64,000 nt of DNA from a bacterium (GTDB lineage Bacteria; Zixibacteria; MSB-5A5; GN15; FEB-12). Of the stretch, positions 49,961-60,382 are shown in pieces. The stretch is taken from NCBI GenBank assembly GCA_043811375.1, contig JBDRNJ010000084.1, forward strand, positions 1-64,000, read 5' to 3'. A model generated the notes under the pieces. The model had not been told where the DNA came from. It saw only the letters and a list, made by a program, of their open reading frames with translations, and searched no databases. Every line of letters starts with the position of its first letter. The first letter of the stretch is position 1. A program made the position numbers and the translations under genes.

Positions 49961-50178
49961 ACAACAGGTGTGTATGTTCTCTCCAGGGTAATACATAAAG
50001 CACGTTAACTCCATGTGGGACAACAGGAATCACTCCCCGGCCGCACCGATTAAACCAATTTCTGGTGATAATAGGTTTTCGGCTCCAAGACGGAAGATCA
50101 TTGGTCAAACAGTGTTTGCTTTTTCTTATGCTGCAACGCCTAATTCCTGTTGAAAAACCGAATCATCAGGAGGCAAGA

Positions 50179-52380
50179 ATGCACTTTGCAGGCATCGTGA
50201 CGGCAATACTCTTAATGGCGACACCCGTAACAGCCGGACAGGATACTGATGTTCTCGAAAAAGCCCTGGGTGAAGCGGGCTTCACCCGCGCGGACCTAGG
50301 CTATCGACCGGCCGGGTACTGGAACCGGTTCCCGCTGGATATCCCACATCGCCTGACATCGTTTGACGCACTTTTTGCCGAGCCGCTCAAACTCTATGAC
50401 TACGCTACCGTCATGGCCAACACCGTCGAACTCTACCTTGACCCGGCTTACGCCGACAGCAGCCACGACGGACTGTACAAACTGGTGTACAACCTTGGTG
50501 TGGACAAAAAACTCGGCGGCTTTAGATCGTATTCGGCCAACCTGCTCCCGGCTCCCGATGGACCCGAACCGCTAGTGTCTGCAATTGAGCAGTTGTTTCA
50601 ACTGGCTGACCGACAGATCGAGTTCAATACCTTCGGTGCCCGCGCTGTGTGGCCGGACATCAAGAAGGAGATACGTGACGGCATCGTCGATCTGCCCGAT
50701 TCAGTGAGATTGATTCTGGCCCAACTGATCGTCAATCTACGCGAGGCAATTAAGTGGCGCGATCTGGCGTTCCGCAACTGCGATCCGAGCGATATGCAGA
50801 AAGCCTACGAAATTCGCGATCTGGGCAGCACCCAGTCGGATGGGATGATCTACTACCCGGAGCTGGACGATATCGCCGCCGTTATTGACTGGGCTTCGTT
50901 GCACTATGCTGCTCTCAAGGTTGCGGCCACAGCCGAGAAAGCCGAGGCGGCGCTGATGCCGTTTAAGAAACAGGTACCGAAAGATTTTCAATGGGAACTA
51001 CCGACTCCTTTCGGCAAGATTGCCGTTTTCTCATCAGTGTACAAAACGGAGAAGATTCCTCCGCCGAAAATGTTTTCAATGCTGCGAGCCTCGATCCCCG
51101 ACTGGATGGAATACGACGCCGACAATTCGCTGCTGATAATCGACTTCGGTCGCAACATCATCTATCAGGGAACACCCGGCGCGACGGCATCGCTGTCGAA
51201 TCCGATTTCAGTGCTGATTGACCTGGGCGGGGACGACTACTACGGCTATCAACGTCACAGTTATCCCCCATCGGCCGGTGTGGGACTGCTCGGGGTGGGC
51301 CTGGTGATCGACAGTGAAGGTGACGACCGGTACACCGGTTCCGTCTGCACGCAGGGAATGGGGATGTTCGGTGTCGGTGTCCTCCTTGACAGAAACGGTA
51401 ATGACAAGTACCAGGCGGACCTGTCCGCGCAGGGATGCGGTTATTTCGGCATCGGTCTCTGCCTTGACGGCACCGGTAAAGACGACTACTACCTGTGCGG
51501 CAGCGGCCAGGGGCTGGGCGGAGTCGGCGGCGGCGTTGGTGTTTGTGCGTCATTCGACGGCGATGACAAGTACACCGCTGAACCGTATGCCGAGGTGTAC
51601 AATCGCGGCGACTACCACAGCGAGCACAAGATCAACGGCAACGAGGCCCAGGGGGCCGGGTTCGGGCGGCGCGGCGATGGTTCCGACGGTCACGCTTGGG
51701 CCGGTGGGCTGGGGGCGATTATCGACATCAATGGCAACGACCACTACTACTCCGGCAACTGGACATTGGGTGTCGGTTACTGGTTTTCTACCGGTATCGC
51801 GGTTGACCGCAGCGGTGACGATGTTTACGAATCATGTTACTTCACCCAGGGTTCCGGTGCTCACTTCTGCAATGGGATACTGATCGACGAGTCCGGTGAT
51901 GATCGCCACGAACTGTATGAAACCGCCGGGGCCGGACTGGGCTTCGGCTGGGATTTCACCAACGCTTTCCTGATTAACAAGGGTGGCAATGACACCTACC
52001 GCGCCAAAATCATCTCGATGGGCCTGGCGCAGATACGCTCCAATGCTTTCCTGATCGATATCGGCGGCGATGACCGATATTTCCTCGGCGACGGCACACC
52101 CGGCCTGGGCGAAGCCAGCTACCGTCAAGGGTACGACAAACCGGGACGTCTGACCAGCTACTACAGCTATGCCAAGTCATTCGGTGGCCTTATCGATATC
52201 GGAGGTAGCGACAGGTACTACCTGGTTAAGGATGACGAAGAATCAACACATCCGGGAGCGAAGGACAATCATACCTGGTTTAAGCCCGCCAAAACTGATT
52301 CACTCTATGGCTTTGACAACTACGGGGTCGGTATCGACATCGACAGCGGCACCATCCCTGAGTTTTTCAAGTGGGAGTGA
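50179..52380 (+). CDS. Large secreted protein with Gly/Asp-rich DxxGDDxY repeats
   Basis: AGGAGG RBS before ATG 50179, signal peptide, and about 10 repeats of QGxG..GxGxLxDxxGxDxY. Confidence 0.85.
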   Translation: MHFAGIVTAILLMATPVTAGQDTDVLEKALGEAGFTRADLGYRPAGYWNRFPLDIPHRLTSFDALFAEPLKLYDYATVMANTVELYLDPAYADSSHDGLYKLVYNLGVDKKLGGFRSYSANLLPAPDGPEPLVSAIEQLFQLADRQIEFNTFGARAVWPDIKKEIRDGIVDLPDSVRLILAQLIVNLREAIKWRDLAFRNCDPSDMQKAYEIRDLGSTQSDGMIYYPELDDIAAVIDWASLHYAALKVAATAEKAEAALMPFKKQVPKDFQWELPTPFGKIAVFSSVYKTEKIPPPKMFSMLRASIPDWMEYDADNSLLIIDFGRNIIYQGTPGATASLSNPISVLIDLGGDDYYGYQRHSYPPSAGVGLLGVGLVIDSEGDDRYTGSVCTQGMGMFGVGVLLDRNGNDKYQADLSAQGCGYFGIGLCLDGTGKDDYYLCGSGQGLGGVGGGVGVCASFDGDDKYTAEPYAEVYNRGDYHSEHKINGNEAQGAGFGRRGDGSDGHAWAGGLGAIIDINGNDHYYSGNWTLGVGYWFSTGIAVDRSGDDVYESCYFTQGSGAHFCNGILIDESGDDRHELYETAGAGLGFGWDFTNAFLINKGGNDTYRAKIISMGLAQIRSNAFLIDIGGDDRYFLGDGTPGLGEASYRQGYDKPGRLTSYYSYAKSFGGLIDIGGSDRYYLVKDDEESTHPGAKDNHTWFKPAKTDSLYGFDNYGVGIDIDSGTIPEFFKWE

Positions 52381-53120
52381 GTGATGGTTGGCGGGTTGTG
52401 ATCAGCATGTCCGGTACGGTCCATGCAGACGTAAAAACCCGGATCAACATAGAGATAAGGGAAGTCATCCGGATGTTCTAGCAGGATTTCTTTTACCACG
52501 TCATAGACTTGCCATACCGGGTACGGGTTGAACACAGGTATTCTGTATCTGACGATAGTCCAGTCAGAGTACTGAGATTCAGTCACCGTCCGGACCGCCC
52601 AATTGGGAGCAATCATAACGTGACTTATCAGATCAGTAACTCCGTTAATGTAGTCCCGCTCGGTCTGCTCGGTGAAGGTGTCACCCGGGTAAAAGAAAAC
52701 GAAATCAATCGAGTCCGTAAGCGTATAGTCGTACACGATCCTTAGCGGCAAGGACGTGTCTCGCGCGACATAAACATTCTGGAATGTGTCCGGTCGGGTG
52801 TGGGCAGTGTTGACAACAACCCAATACGGTCCGGGATCAAGCAGTATGTCAAAGCCGGACGAGTCATCGGTCTCGAATGTGTAGGACAGACCACTGAGCC
52901 GCACAAACGAGACGGTTGCCTTCTTGCCGGTCCAGACTGTATATCTGGGGTCGACACCGGAGTTGTTCCACATGTCGCATACACCACAGTAATACGCCTC
53001 TACTTGTCCCGTTATGTGGATTGTATTATCCGGACAGATAACTGTCCGCTGTGTATCGCAGCACCCGGTTAGCACTACGATCGCGCTGACGACCAGCACG
53101 ATTCTAATTCGACTCACCAT
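52320..53120 (-). CDS. Hypothetical lipoprotein (carboxypeptidase-regulatory-like Ig domain)
   Basis: GGAGGG RBS before ATG 53120, LTGC lipobox and ETDDSSGF.I.L.PG.Y. Overlaps the opposing gene's 3' end by 61 bp. Confidence 0.72.
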   Translation of the reverse strand: MVSRIRIVLVVSAIVVLTGCCDTQRTVICPDNTIHITGQVEAYYCGVCDMWNNSGVDPRYTVWTGKKATVSFVRLSGLSYTFETDDSSGFDILLDPGPYWVVVNTAHTRPDTFQNVYVARDTSLPLRIVYDYTLTDSIDFVFFYPGDTFTEQTERDYINGVTDLISHVMIAPNWAVRTVTESQYSDWTIVRYRIPVFNPYPVWQVYDVVKEILLEHPDDFPYLYVDPGFYVCMDRTGHADHNPPTITHSHLKNSGMVPLSMSIPTP

Positions 53121-53336
53121 AATCCCCTCCATTGATCGCCTGTTGCCACCCTTCCGGGTGACAGTCGGTTTATAGTCCAAATCCGCAGAAAACACCACTT
53201 GTATAGACGCGGGCCTGCAATTTGTGTTTAATGCCCCCCTCACAAACACGGTGCCGGGCCGGGATCACCCATGAATATGTTAGCGACACAGTTGCTTGTA
53301 CACACAATTAGTTCCTTGTGCCGGACCTGCCGGTAT

Positions 53337-54713
53337 TTACGGCTTCAACCTCCGCCGCAGGCGGGCGCAGAAAGTGCCGTCCATTCCCTGTAGATCGGGA
53401 TAGGTTTTTACAAAACCGCGCTCGCTGACCAATTCATCATCAAAATAATCACTGGCGGAATCAATCTCGAAATCGTCGTGGCGCAACAGGAACTCTTCTA
53501 CGACCTGGTCGTTCTCGTCACGAATAATGGTACAGGTCGAGTACACCAGCACGCCGCCGGGCTTAACCAGGGTGGCTGCCTTGCGCAGCATTTTACCCTG
53601 AATACGGACCAGATTGGCAATGTCCTCTGGTGTCTTGACCCAGCGCAGGTCGGAGTGTTTACCGGCCGTGCCCCACCCGGAACATGGCGGGTCCAGCAAG
53701 ACCCGATCGAAGGGTCCACCGGAGAAATTCAGCATGTCGGTTACGACGGGCGATATGATCTTGATTCCCAGGCGGTTGGCGTTCTCCTCCAGTAACTGAA
53801 GGCGTTGACGCGATTTGTCCACTGCCGTTACCCGCCCGCGATTGCGCATTCGGACGGCAATATGCGTAGCTTTGCCGCCCGGGGCGGCCGTCAGATCGAT
53901 GACGTTGCCGTTGGGTCGCGGATTCAGCAGCCGCACCGGCAAACCGGCGGACTCGTCCTGGACCATGACTTTGCCCGTTTTCAACAACTCTTCTTCCAGC
54001 GGCAGGCCGCTGTCGTTGATGTGAATGAATTCCGGCAGATAACGACCGACGGAGCAGGAAATATCGTGGCTGCGAAGAATCTCCAGCACTTCCTCCGGCT
54101 TGGCTTTCACGTAATTGACGCGATAGGTGACGTGAGGTGGTTCGTTGAACCGGATCAGAAGCTGTTCGGTTTTGTCGAAGCCGAATTCCTTCAGACAGTG
54201 ATTGACAAAGTAATCGGGCTGGCTGTAGTAATCAGCCAGGTACTTGGCGGGATTGTCCCGGCGGGAAACAAATCTGACCCGGTCCGGTTCGCGCAGACAG
54301 GTTCGCATCACGGCGTTAACCAGATTGGCGCGCCGACGGTCGGTCATGTGCAGGGCCAGGTTGACCGATTCCGAAACAGCCGCTGCATCCGGAATGCGAT
54401 CGGTGAAATGAAGCTGGTAGAAGCCTAACCTCAGGATAGTGTTGAGAATGAGCGGCAGCTTCTGTGATGGTCGGGCCAGGTAGAACTTTATCTCGTGGTC
54501 CAGGCGGCGCTGCATCTTGGTGGTGCCATTGACCAGTTGCAGCAGGAAGCGTCGGTCGAGTGAGCGGAAATTTTTCCCCTCAGTGACATGCCGCACCGCT
54601 TCATCCGGCTGCTCACCCTGCTGTATCAGGATAAGGGCTTCCACGGCCGCAGCCCGTACGGGATCGAACGGGGATGTCCGGGGAGTCGCGGCTGATGACG
54701 TTTCGTCGTTCAT
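53337..54713 (-). CDS. rsmB: 16S rRNA m5C967 methyltransferase
   Basis: NusB-like N-terminus (LVNAVMR), VQDES, AAPGGKA, LDPPCSG and YSTCT. Confidence 0.93.
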   Translation of the reverse strand: MNDETSSAATPRTSPFDPVRAAAVEALILIQQGEQPDEAVRHVTEGKNFRSLDRRFLLQLVNGTTKMQRRLDHEIKFYLARPSQKLPLILNTILRLGFYQLHFTDRIPDAAAVSESVNLALHMTDRRRANLVNAVMRTCLREPDRVRFVSRRDNPAKYLADYYSQPDYFVNHCLKEFGFDKTEQLLIRFNEPPHVTYRVNYVKAKPEEVLEILRSHDISCSVGRYLPEFIHINDSGLPLEEELLKTGKVMVQDESAGLPVRLLNPRPNGNVIDLTAAPGGKATHIAVRMRNRGRVTAVDKSRQRLQLLEENANRLGIKIISPVVTDMLNFSGGPFDRVLLDPPCSGWGTAGKHSDLRWVKTPEDIANLVRIQGKMLRKAATLVKPGGVLVYSTCTIIRDENDQVVEEFLLRHDDFEIDSASDYFDDELVSERGFVKTYPDLQGMDGTFCARLRRRLKP

Positions 54714-57211
54714 TAGATATCCATAGCGCTTATCTTTTGTTCCTGCTCATCAAGACGATAAAGCTCCCGACGATGGATGCAATAAGACAACTGTTTGATG
54801 TCCCGACCGGTGTCGAGTAATTGCAGTACTTCCACCGGGCGCACATAGCCGCCATCGCCAATCCCCAGGATCATCACCAGATTCTCGTCCTCAGCAATAA
54901 TGTCGTAGAGCGCGGGACGGATATCAACGGTTTTGGTTCCACTCTTTCCGATCCGCTCCACAAAGAGCCGATTCTCCCTTAGCAATCGGCTGAAATCGAT
55001 GTCACTACCGTCATTGAGTGCTGCCAACGGCAGAGAATAGACGACACGATTGAGTGCCGATGAGAGCGACCGGCTTTTTGCCAGAACGGTCCTGGCCTCG
55101 AAGACCTCCATCCCGTCGGGCAGAGCCTGTTTCAGTTTATCGATCATATCGGGTATCAAATTGGTCTCCAGCGTAATATCGACCAGTTCCGCCTCCGAGG
55201 TAAACCCCAGCGGCAGGGGTGGCCCAAAAGACAGTTTCATGCCGGGATTGAAACCCTGGCTGTAAGCAACCGGAAGACCGGCCCGCCTCAGGGCGCGCTC
55301 AAAAGCACGGATATTGTCCAGGTGCGACATAAAGCGATAGCTCCGGTCCTTTCCCCAGCGAATGCGGACGCGGTTTTTTGTCGGCGCCACCGGACTGCGG
55401 TCGGCTGCCTTTTTCTTGCCCCGACCAAACTCCATCTGCGGCGTGGGTCGGCCGGTTTCAACTGTCGGCGGAGATGGCTCCGGTGACGGCTGACCCGATT
55501 CCGAAAGGTGACGTTGCCGCTCCTTCAGCAGATGTGCCGGTGACGGGCCTTTTTCGATGTGCGACCAGGGCAACTCAGCGGTGAAGGGGATTTCTTTTAA
55601 TGTCTGCTCCATCTCGATCTTGTTTTCCTGCAGGGCGGTCAGCCATTTGGACGGCTCGAATTCCTCGCTCCAGGCATCGAAGCGGCAGCCGTCACGGTTG
55701 GCGGACAGGATAACGTTGCCCATTTCACGTCCGCCGCGTACCAGCAGCATCTGCAGCATGGCTGATTCGCAGGAGTTGTGCTTGAAATGCACCGGTCGGT
55801 GACGACAGCGTCTCTTGACAAAACTCAGTCGGCGCAGGATCTCCTCCGGGCGCAACATCTCATCCCATTGAAATGGCGTGTGCGGTTCCGGAATGAACGG
55901 AGACAGGGTGACTTTGATTGATTTCTTGCCCTGACCGGCGCGACCGATATCGCTCACCGCCTCAATGATCTTGACTATCCCCTGTAAATCTTCTTCGGTT
56001 TCGGTGGGCAGGCCAATCATGAAATACAGCTTGACCGAGGTCCAGCCCTTCTGAAAAGCCATCTGCACCGTCTCATAGATTTCTTCGTCAGAAATATCTT
56101 TGCGAATGAATCGTCGCAGCCGCCGGGTGCCCGCCTCGGGCGCTATCGTCAGTCCTGCTCGACGCACGCGCCGGATGGCATCCAGCAACGGGGCTTTGAT
56201 CGTGCCCGGCCGCAGGGAAGGCATTGAAATCGAGACTCGCGATGGTTCCAGACGCCGGGACAAAGTGGTGGCGAGTTGCTCGATATTGGGATAATCCGAT
56301 GTCGACAGAGACACCAGGGAAACTTCGTCGTAGCCGGATGCAGCGAGTTGCTGTGTAATCTGGTTGATTACATCGTGCTGCGGTCGCGGTCGCACCGGTC
56401 GGTAAATCGGCCCCGCCTGGCAGAAACGGCAACCGCCGGGACAACCGCGCATAATCTCCACGCTGAGATGGTTGTGCACCGTCTCGATCAAAGGCACCAG
56501 TGGTTGATCGGGGAAGTACTCCGGTTTCAGTTCTTTTATAACGCGCGCGCGAATCCGCTCCGGGGCAAAATCAACCAGGGGTCGCCGGTCCGCGTCATAA
56601 AACCGGGGTACGTAGACTGACTCCACCTGCCGGACGATCTGCTCCAACTTGTCCTGCCGCGAGGCTGATTTCATATTATAGAGAATCTGAAGGATTTCCG
56701 GCAGCCCTTCCTCGGCGTCCCCAATGAAAAACAGATCTACAAAATCAGCTATCGGTTCCGGGTTGTACACGGCCGGACCTCCAGCCAGAATCAGCGGTTG
56801 TTCGTCAGTGCGGTCTAAACTGCATAACGGAATACCGGCCAGGTCGAGCATAGCCAGCAGGTTGGTAAAAACCAGCGGATAGGTCAGACTGAAACCGATG
56901 GCGTCAAATTCTGCCGCCGGACGCTTTGACTCCAGTGAGAACAGTCGGATGTTCTCCCGGCGCATGATCTGTTCGGCATCGCGGTCGACGGCAAAAACCC
57001 GCTCGCATAAAAATCTATCATCCTTGTTTATAATGTGATACAGGCTCTGCAAGCCGATAAAGGAATGGCCGATTTCATACTTGTCGGGGAAGGCGTGTAA
57101 GTAGCTGAGGCGATCGGTCGGATCTTTTACGATCTGTCCCGGTTCACCACCGGCATAGCGGCCCGGTTTTATGACAAACGGGAAAAACTTCTTCTCCAGC
57201 AGGTCTTTCAT
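54713..57211 (-). CDS. B12-binding radical SAM protein (TIGR03960-type) fused to a radical SAM-linked DUF2344 (TIGR03936-type) domain
   Basis: KPGRYAGGE, EIMRGCPGGCRFC and APEAGT. C-terminal SHLD..R..ERALRRAGLPVAYSQGFNP. Start MKDLL chosen. Confidence 0.9.
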   Translation of the reverse strand: MKDLLEKKFFPFVIKPGRYAGGEPGQIVKDPTDRLSYLHAFPDKYEIGHSFIGLQSLYHIINKDDRFLCERVFAVDRDAEQIMRRENIRLFSLESKRPAAEFDAIGFSLTYPLVFTNLLAMLDLAGIPLCSLDRTDEQPLILAGGPAVYNPEPIADFVDLFFIGDAEEGLPEILQILYNMKSASRQDKLEQIVRQVESVYVPRFYDADRRPLVDFAPERIRARVIKELKPEYFPDQPLVPLIETVHNHLSVEIMRGCPGGCRFCQAGPIYRPVRPRPQHDVINQITQQLAASGYDEVSLVSLSTSDYPNIEQLATTLSRRLEPSRVSISMPSLRPGTIKAPLLDAIRRVRRAGLTIAPEAGTRRLRRFIRKDISDEEIYETVQMAFQKGWTSVKLYFMIGLPTETEEDLQGIVKIIEAVSDIGRAGQGKKSIKVTLSPFIPEPHTPFQWDEMLRPEEILRRLSFVKRRCRHRPVHFKHNSCESAMLQMLLVRGGREMGNVILSANRDGCRFDAWSEEFEPSKWLTALQENKIEMEQTLKEIPFTAELPWSHIEKGPSPAHLLKERQRHLSESGQPSPEPSPPTVETGRPTPQMEFGRGKKKAADRSPVAPTKNRVRIRWGKDRSYRFMSHLDNIRAFERALRRAGLPVAYSQGFNPGMKLSFGPPLPLGFTSEAELVDITLETNLIPDMIDKLKQALPDGMEVFEARTVLAKSRSLSSALNRVVYSLPLAALNDGSDIDFSRLLRENRLFVERIGKSGTKTVDIRPALYDIIAEDENLVMILGIGDGGYVRPVEVLQLLDTGRDIKQLSYCIHRRELYRLDEQEQKISAMDI

Positions 57212-57394
57212 CAGTTCCGAAGTGCTACGGGTTCTTGTTAACCGCTTTATGTTAAGATAGGCGTTCTTACCGTGATCGGCAAGCAAGTCATGCAACGGAT
57301 ACCGATTGGGTAGTTAAGGACGATTCTTCCCCACCCTTGCCGATTGCCGTTGGTCGGAGTCAAGTTCTGCCGGGAGATACCGTTATAAAAGTAT

Positions 57395-58339
57395 ATGGAC
57401 TATGCCCATTGCCAACACCTGCTACACTATGCCATTATCGAGCAGCTCGGCGAAGGACCCAGCGGGGTGGTGTTTCGAGCCTGGGATACGGTGCAGCAGC
57501 GTTTTGTGGCCGTAAAACAACTGCGGCCGGAGCTGACGGCCGAGGTGGCTTTCCGTGCTCACTGCTTGACGGCCATCCGGACCTTGAAGCATTGCACTCA
57601 CCCCGGCATAAGCCCGGTTTACGATATTCAAACCGATAACGACCCCTATCTAATTGTCACAGAATACATTAAGGGCGACTCATTGCGGGGAATAATCGAA
57701 CGCGGCCCACTGGATAATCACCGCTTTCTCTATTATGCCGGACAGATAGCCGAGGCGCTCACTTTTGCCCATCGACAACTGATCCCCCATGGCAACATCA
57801 AGCCGTCCAATATCATCGTGGCTGCCGACGGACGCCTGTGGTTGACCGATTTTGGGCTGAACTGCGGCACAGTCGGCGGCAATGCCGATCTCAGTCGACT
57901 TACCCCACAGACAGCCTGCTATCTGGCGCCGGAGCAGATAACCGGTGAACAGACTACACCACTGACGGATTTCTTTTCGTTGGGTACGCTCGCATATGAA
58001 ATGTTGACCGGGCTCAACCCATTTGCCGCCGACACTGTCGAAACCGTCCACGAGAATATCCTCCGGGCAGAGCCTGATATCCAGGCACTGAGAGCCCGGA
58101 AGGTTCCGGGCGACACGATACTGATGATAGAAAAACTGCTGGCCAAAGACCCGTCCGAACGCTTCGGCAGCGGCGGTGAATTGACCGTGACCCTGCAGGT
58201 TATGCGCTCCTACGAGCGGCAATCACCCGATCAACCGTTCCTGAAAGTCAAACCAAATACCCCCCGCCAATACCTGATGTTATCAATGCTGGCGGCCTTG
58301 TTGATTATTCTGTGGTTAGTGATAACCACTTACCGGTAG
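57395..58339 (+). CDS. Ser/Thr kinase-like protein with C-terminal TM helix (probable pseudokinase)
   Basis: LGEGPSGVV, VAVK, HGNIKPSN, DFG and YLAPE motifs; C-terminal hydrophobic helix. Confidence 0.88.
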   Translation: MDYAHCQHLLHYAIIEQLGEGPSGVVFRAWDTVQQRFVAVKQLRPELTAEVAFRAHCLTAIRTLKHCTHPGISPVYDIQTDNDPYLIVTEYIKGDSLRGIIERGPLDNHRFLYYAGQIAEALTFAHRQLIPHGNIKPSNIIVAADGRLWLTDFGLNCGTVGGNADLSRLTPQTACYLAPEQITGEQTTPLTDFFSLGTLAYEMLTGLNPFAADTVETVHENILRAEPDIQALRARKVPGDTILMIEKLLAKDPSERFGSGGELTVTLQVMRSYERQSPDQPFLKVKPNTPRQYLMLSMLAALLIILWLVITTYR

Positions 58340-58390
58340 CTGAGTCCGCTCGGACACTCTGAAATCAGCTTGTTAGTTTTGTAGCCCCGA

Positions 58391-59014
58391 GTAGGGCGGG
58401 TCCGTCTGCGAACCCGCCTTCTCGGGTGACCGGTCATTCACCGAATTCGTCATCTCCAACCGTAATCTGGTTCTCTCCCCAATCGGCATTATAAACGCCT
58501 GCCCGCTGGAATCGCCGAAACGAAGAGAGACGCCACTTTCTCGGGGAATCCATCAATCCATGTCTAACGGGATTGTAATGAACGTAATCCACGTGTCGCT
58601 TCATGTCTTTCTCTGAACGGATGATGTGATCCCAATACCGTGGTTGCCATATGGGACCGTTTCTCCGCGACCGTCGTTGCCATTGCAGCGAGAATGAGAG
58701 TCTCACCCGCTGAACGATCCTGGAAATGTCTCCGTCCGGGCTGTCAATAATGGCATGGAGATGGTCGGGGAGAACCACCCAGGCGATCAGGGCAAACCGC
58801 GATTGCCTTACCGCCCTTCGTACGGCCCGAAGGAGTAACTCGGCATGTTGATCAAGAACCGGTTGCCTTCTGGCGGTAACAGCCGTTATGAAACAGCTTT
58901 GGCCCGGAGCGAAGTATCGGAGAAGTTTTGACATGGAGTCAGGATAAGGTTCGACACTGACAGCAGGAGTCAGTCAATTTGACGATGGCGGGTTCGAAGA
59001 CGGACCCGCCCTAC
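58391..59014. mobile_element. REPtron: RAYT gene flanked by inverted GTAG REPs
   Basis: GTAGGGCGGGTCCGTCTGCGAACCCGCC (58391-58418) and its inverted copy (58987-59014, 1 mismatch) bracket the RAYT gene. Confidence 0.88.
58434..58934 (-). CDS. REP-associated tyrosine (HUH/Y1) transposase RAYT
   Basis: FITAVT, AWVVLPDHLH (HUH), IWQPRYWDHIIR, YVHYNPVRHGL and W..SSF motifs. Confidence 0.93.
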   Translation of the reverse strand: MSKLLRYFAPGQSCFITAVTARRQPVLDQHAELLLRAVRRAVRQSRFALIAWVVLPDHLHAIIDSPDGDISRIVQRVRLSFSLQWQRRSRRNGPIWQPRYWDHIIRSEKDMKRHVDYVHYNPVRHGLMDSPRKWRLSSFRRFQRAGVYNADWGENQITVGDDEFGE

Positions 59015-59031
59015 TGATGTGGTTTTCCAAG

Positions 59032-59568
59032 TTATCTGTTCGTGGTCTCGAAGTCTGAGAGTAGATCAGGATTGAGAATGCGCTTAAGGCAATCTTTGGC
59101 AGAATGATAAGATTCATCCAATCCGCCCCAATCCAGAGTCTTCACCTCCGGAGGGTAGGATGACTTATTCACGTTGGTTAGTTCTTCATCGGGCAAATGA
59201 AACCATATTGCTTGCGATGCTCTTCTAAAAGAACCAAGTGCACCTTTCAACCCAAGCATCTGACCGTCATTAAGGTAGATAGATGCTGCGATCTTTGCCC
59301 TTTTGAATGAATCCACTTTTGCCCCGACGTTCTTGTTGTATTCACTCTTAGTCTCCGGTGGTGTGTTGCCGAAATCGACAAGTGCTTCATAGCAATCATT
59401 GAGGGTTGAATAAAGGTTAATCAGCGCTTCGGATTTTTTCCCCATGAAGAACTCAGCATACCAGCGTCTATCCTCCCGCTTTTGTCTCTCCAGTGCGAAA
59501 TGGTGTTGAAAATAGGATCCAGCCAATGCTGAAGCAGCAGTAAGTACTCCCACAAGTAATTCGTTCAC
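59032..59568 (-). CDS. Hypothetical protein with N-terminal membrane anchor
   Basis: GGAG RBS before GTG; hydrophobic N-terminus then helical body. Visibly AT-richer than its neighbours. Confidence 0.72.
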   Translation of the reverse strand: MNELLVGVLTAASALAGSYFQHHFALERQKREDRRWYAEFFMGKKSEALINLYSTLNDCYEALVDFGNTPPETKSEYNKNVGAKVDSFKRAKIAASIYLNDGQMLGLKGALGSFRRASQAIWFHLPDEELTNVNKSSYPPEVKTLDWGGLDESYHSAKDCLKRILNPDLLSDFETTNR

Positions 59569-59604
59569 AACTTATTCTCCATTTCTACGTCTCGAACGTT
59601 ATTC

Positions 59605-60375
59605 TTACCCCCGATTCATCTCCCCGATCAAGCGCAGGCCCACCAGTGTCAACATCGGCTCGATCTGCCGGATATGGCGGGAGTGCTCTGCGATCTTCAC
59701 CGCGAAACCACCGGTGGCCACGGTCCGGCACTCTTGAAAACCGGTTTCGTCGAGAATGCGATCGATGATGTAATCGACCTGGCCCACCGTTCCGTAAAAC
59801 AAGCCCGATTTTAACGCCGCCTCAGTGGATTTGCCGATCACCGTTGCCGGTGGCTCGAGAGGGACTTCAAACAGTCGGGCGGCTCTATCGGCCAGGGCGG
59901 CCATGGCCGTCTCCGGACCGGCAGTGATAGCGCCCCCAAGATAAACACCACTTTCATCGACAACTTCAAACTTGGTCGCGGTGCCCAGATCGACGACAAT
60001 AACCGGCCCGCCGAACATGGAAAAGCCGGCCACAGCGTTGGCGATACGGTCAGCGCCGAGTTGCTCGGGATAGTCGTAGGCGATAGTGATCGGCAGTTTT
60101 ACTGCCGGTGATACGATTACCGGACGGCAACCGAACCGGCTTTCGCCGGCTTGCTCGAAGATACCGGTCAGTTCCGGCACCACTGAACCGATGACCCCCT
60201 CGGTAACATCATGATTCTTGATTTTCTGCTTGTCCAGTGATCCGTCCAGCAGGGAGCGGCATTCATCCGCAGTTAGTTGCGATGGAGTGGAAAGGTGAAT
60301 ATGCTTCGACAGGGTGTTTCCGTCGAAAACCCCCAGTGCTATACTGGTGTTGCCGATATCAATAGCCAGCAACAT
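59605..60375 (-). CDS. coaX: Type III pantothenate kinase
   Basis: LAIDIGNT, SVVP, LGADR, VDLGTAT, GGAI and ATGG motifs. Confidence 0.95.
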   Translation of the reverse strand: MLLAIDIGNTSIALGVFDGNTLSKHIHLSTPSQLTADECRSLLDGSLDKQKIKNHDVTEGVIGSVVPELTGIFEQAGESRFGCRPVIVSPAVKLPITIAYDYPEQLGADRIANAVAGFSMFGGPVIVVDLGTATKFEVVDESGVYLGGAITAGPETAMAALADRAARLFEVPLEPPATVIGKSTEAALKSGLFYGTVGQVDYIIDRILDETGFQECRTVATGGFAVKIAEHSRHIRQIEPMLTLVGLRLIGEMNRG

Positions 60376-60382
60376 TTGCGAT

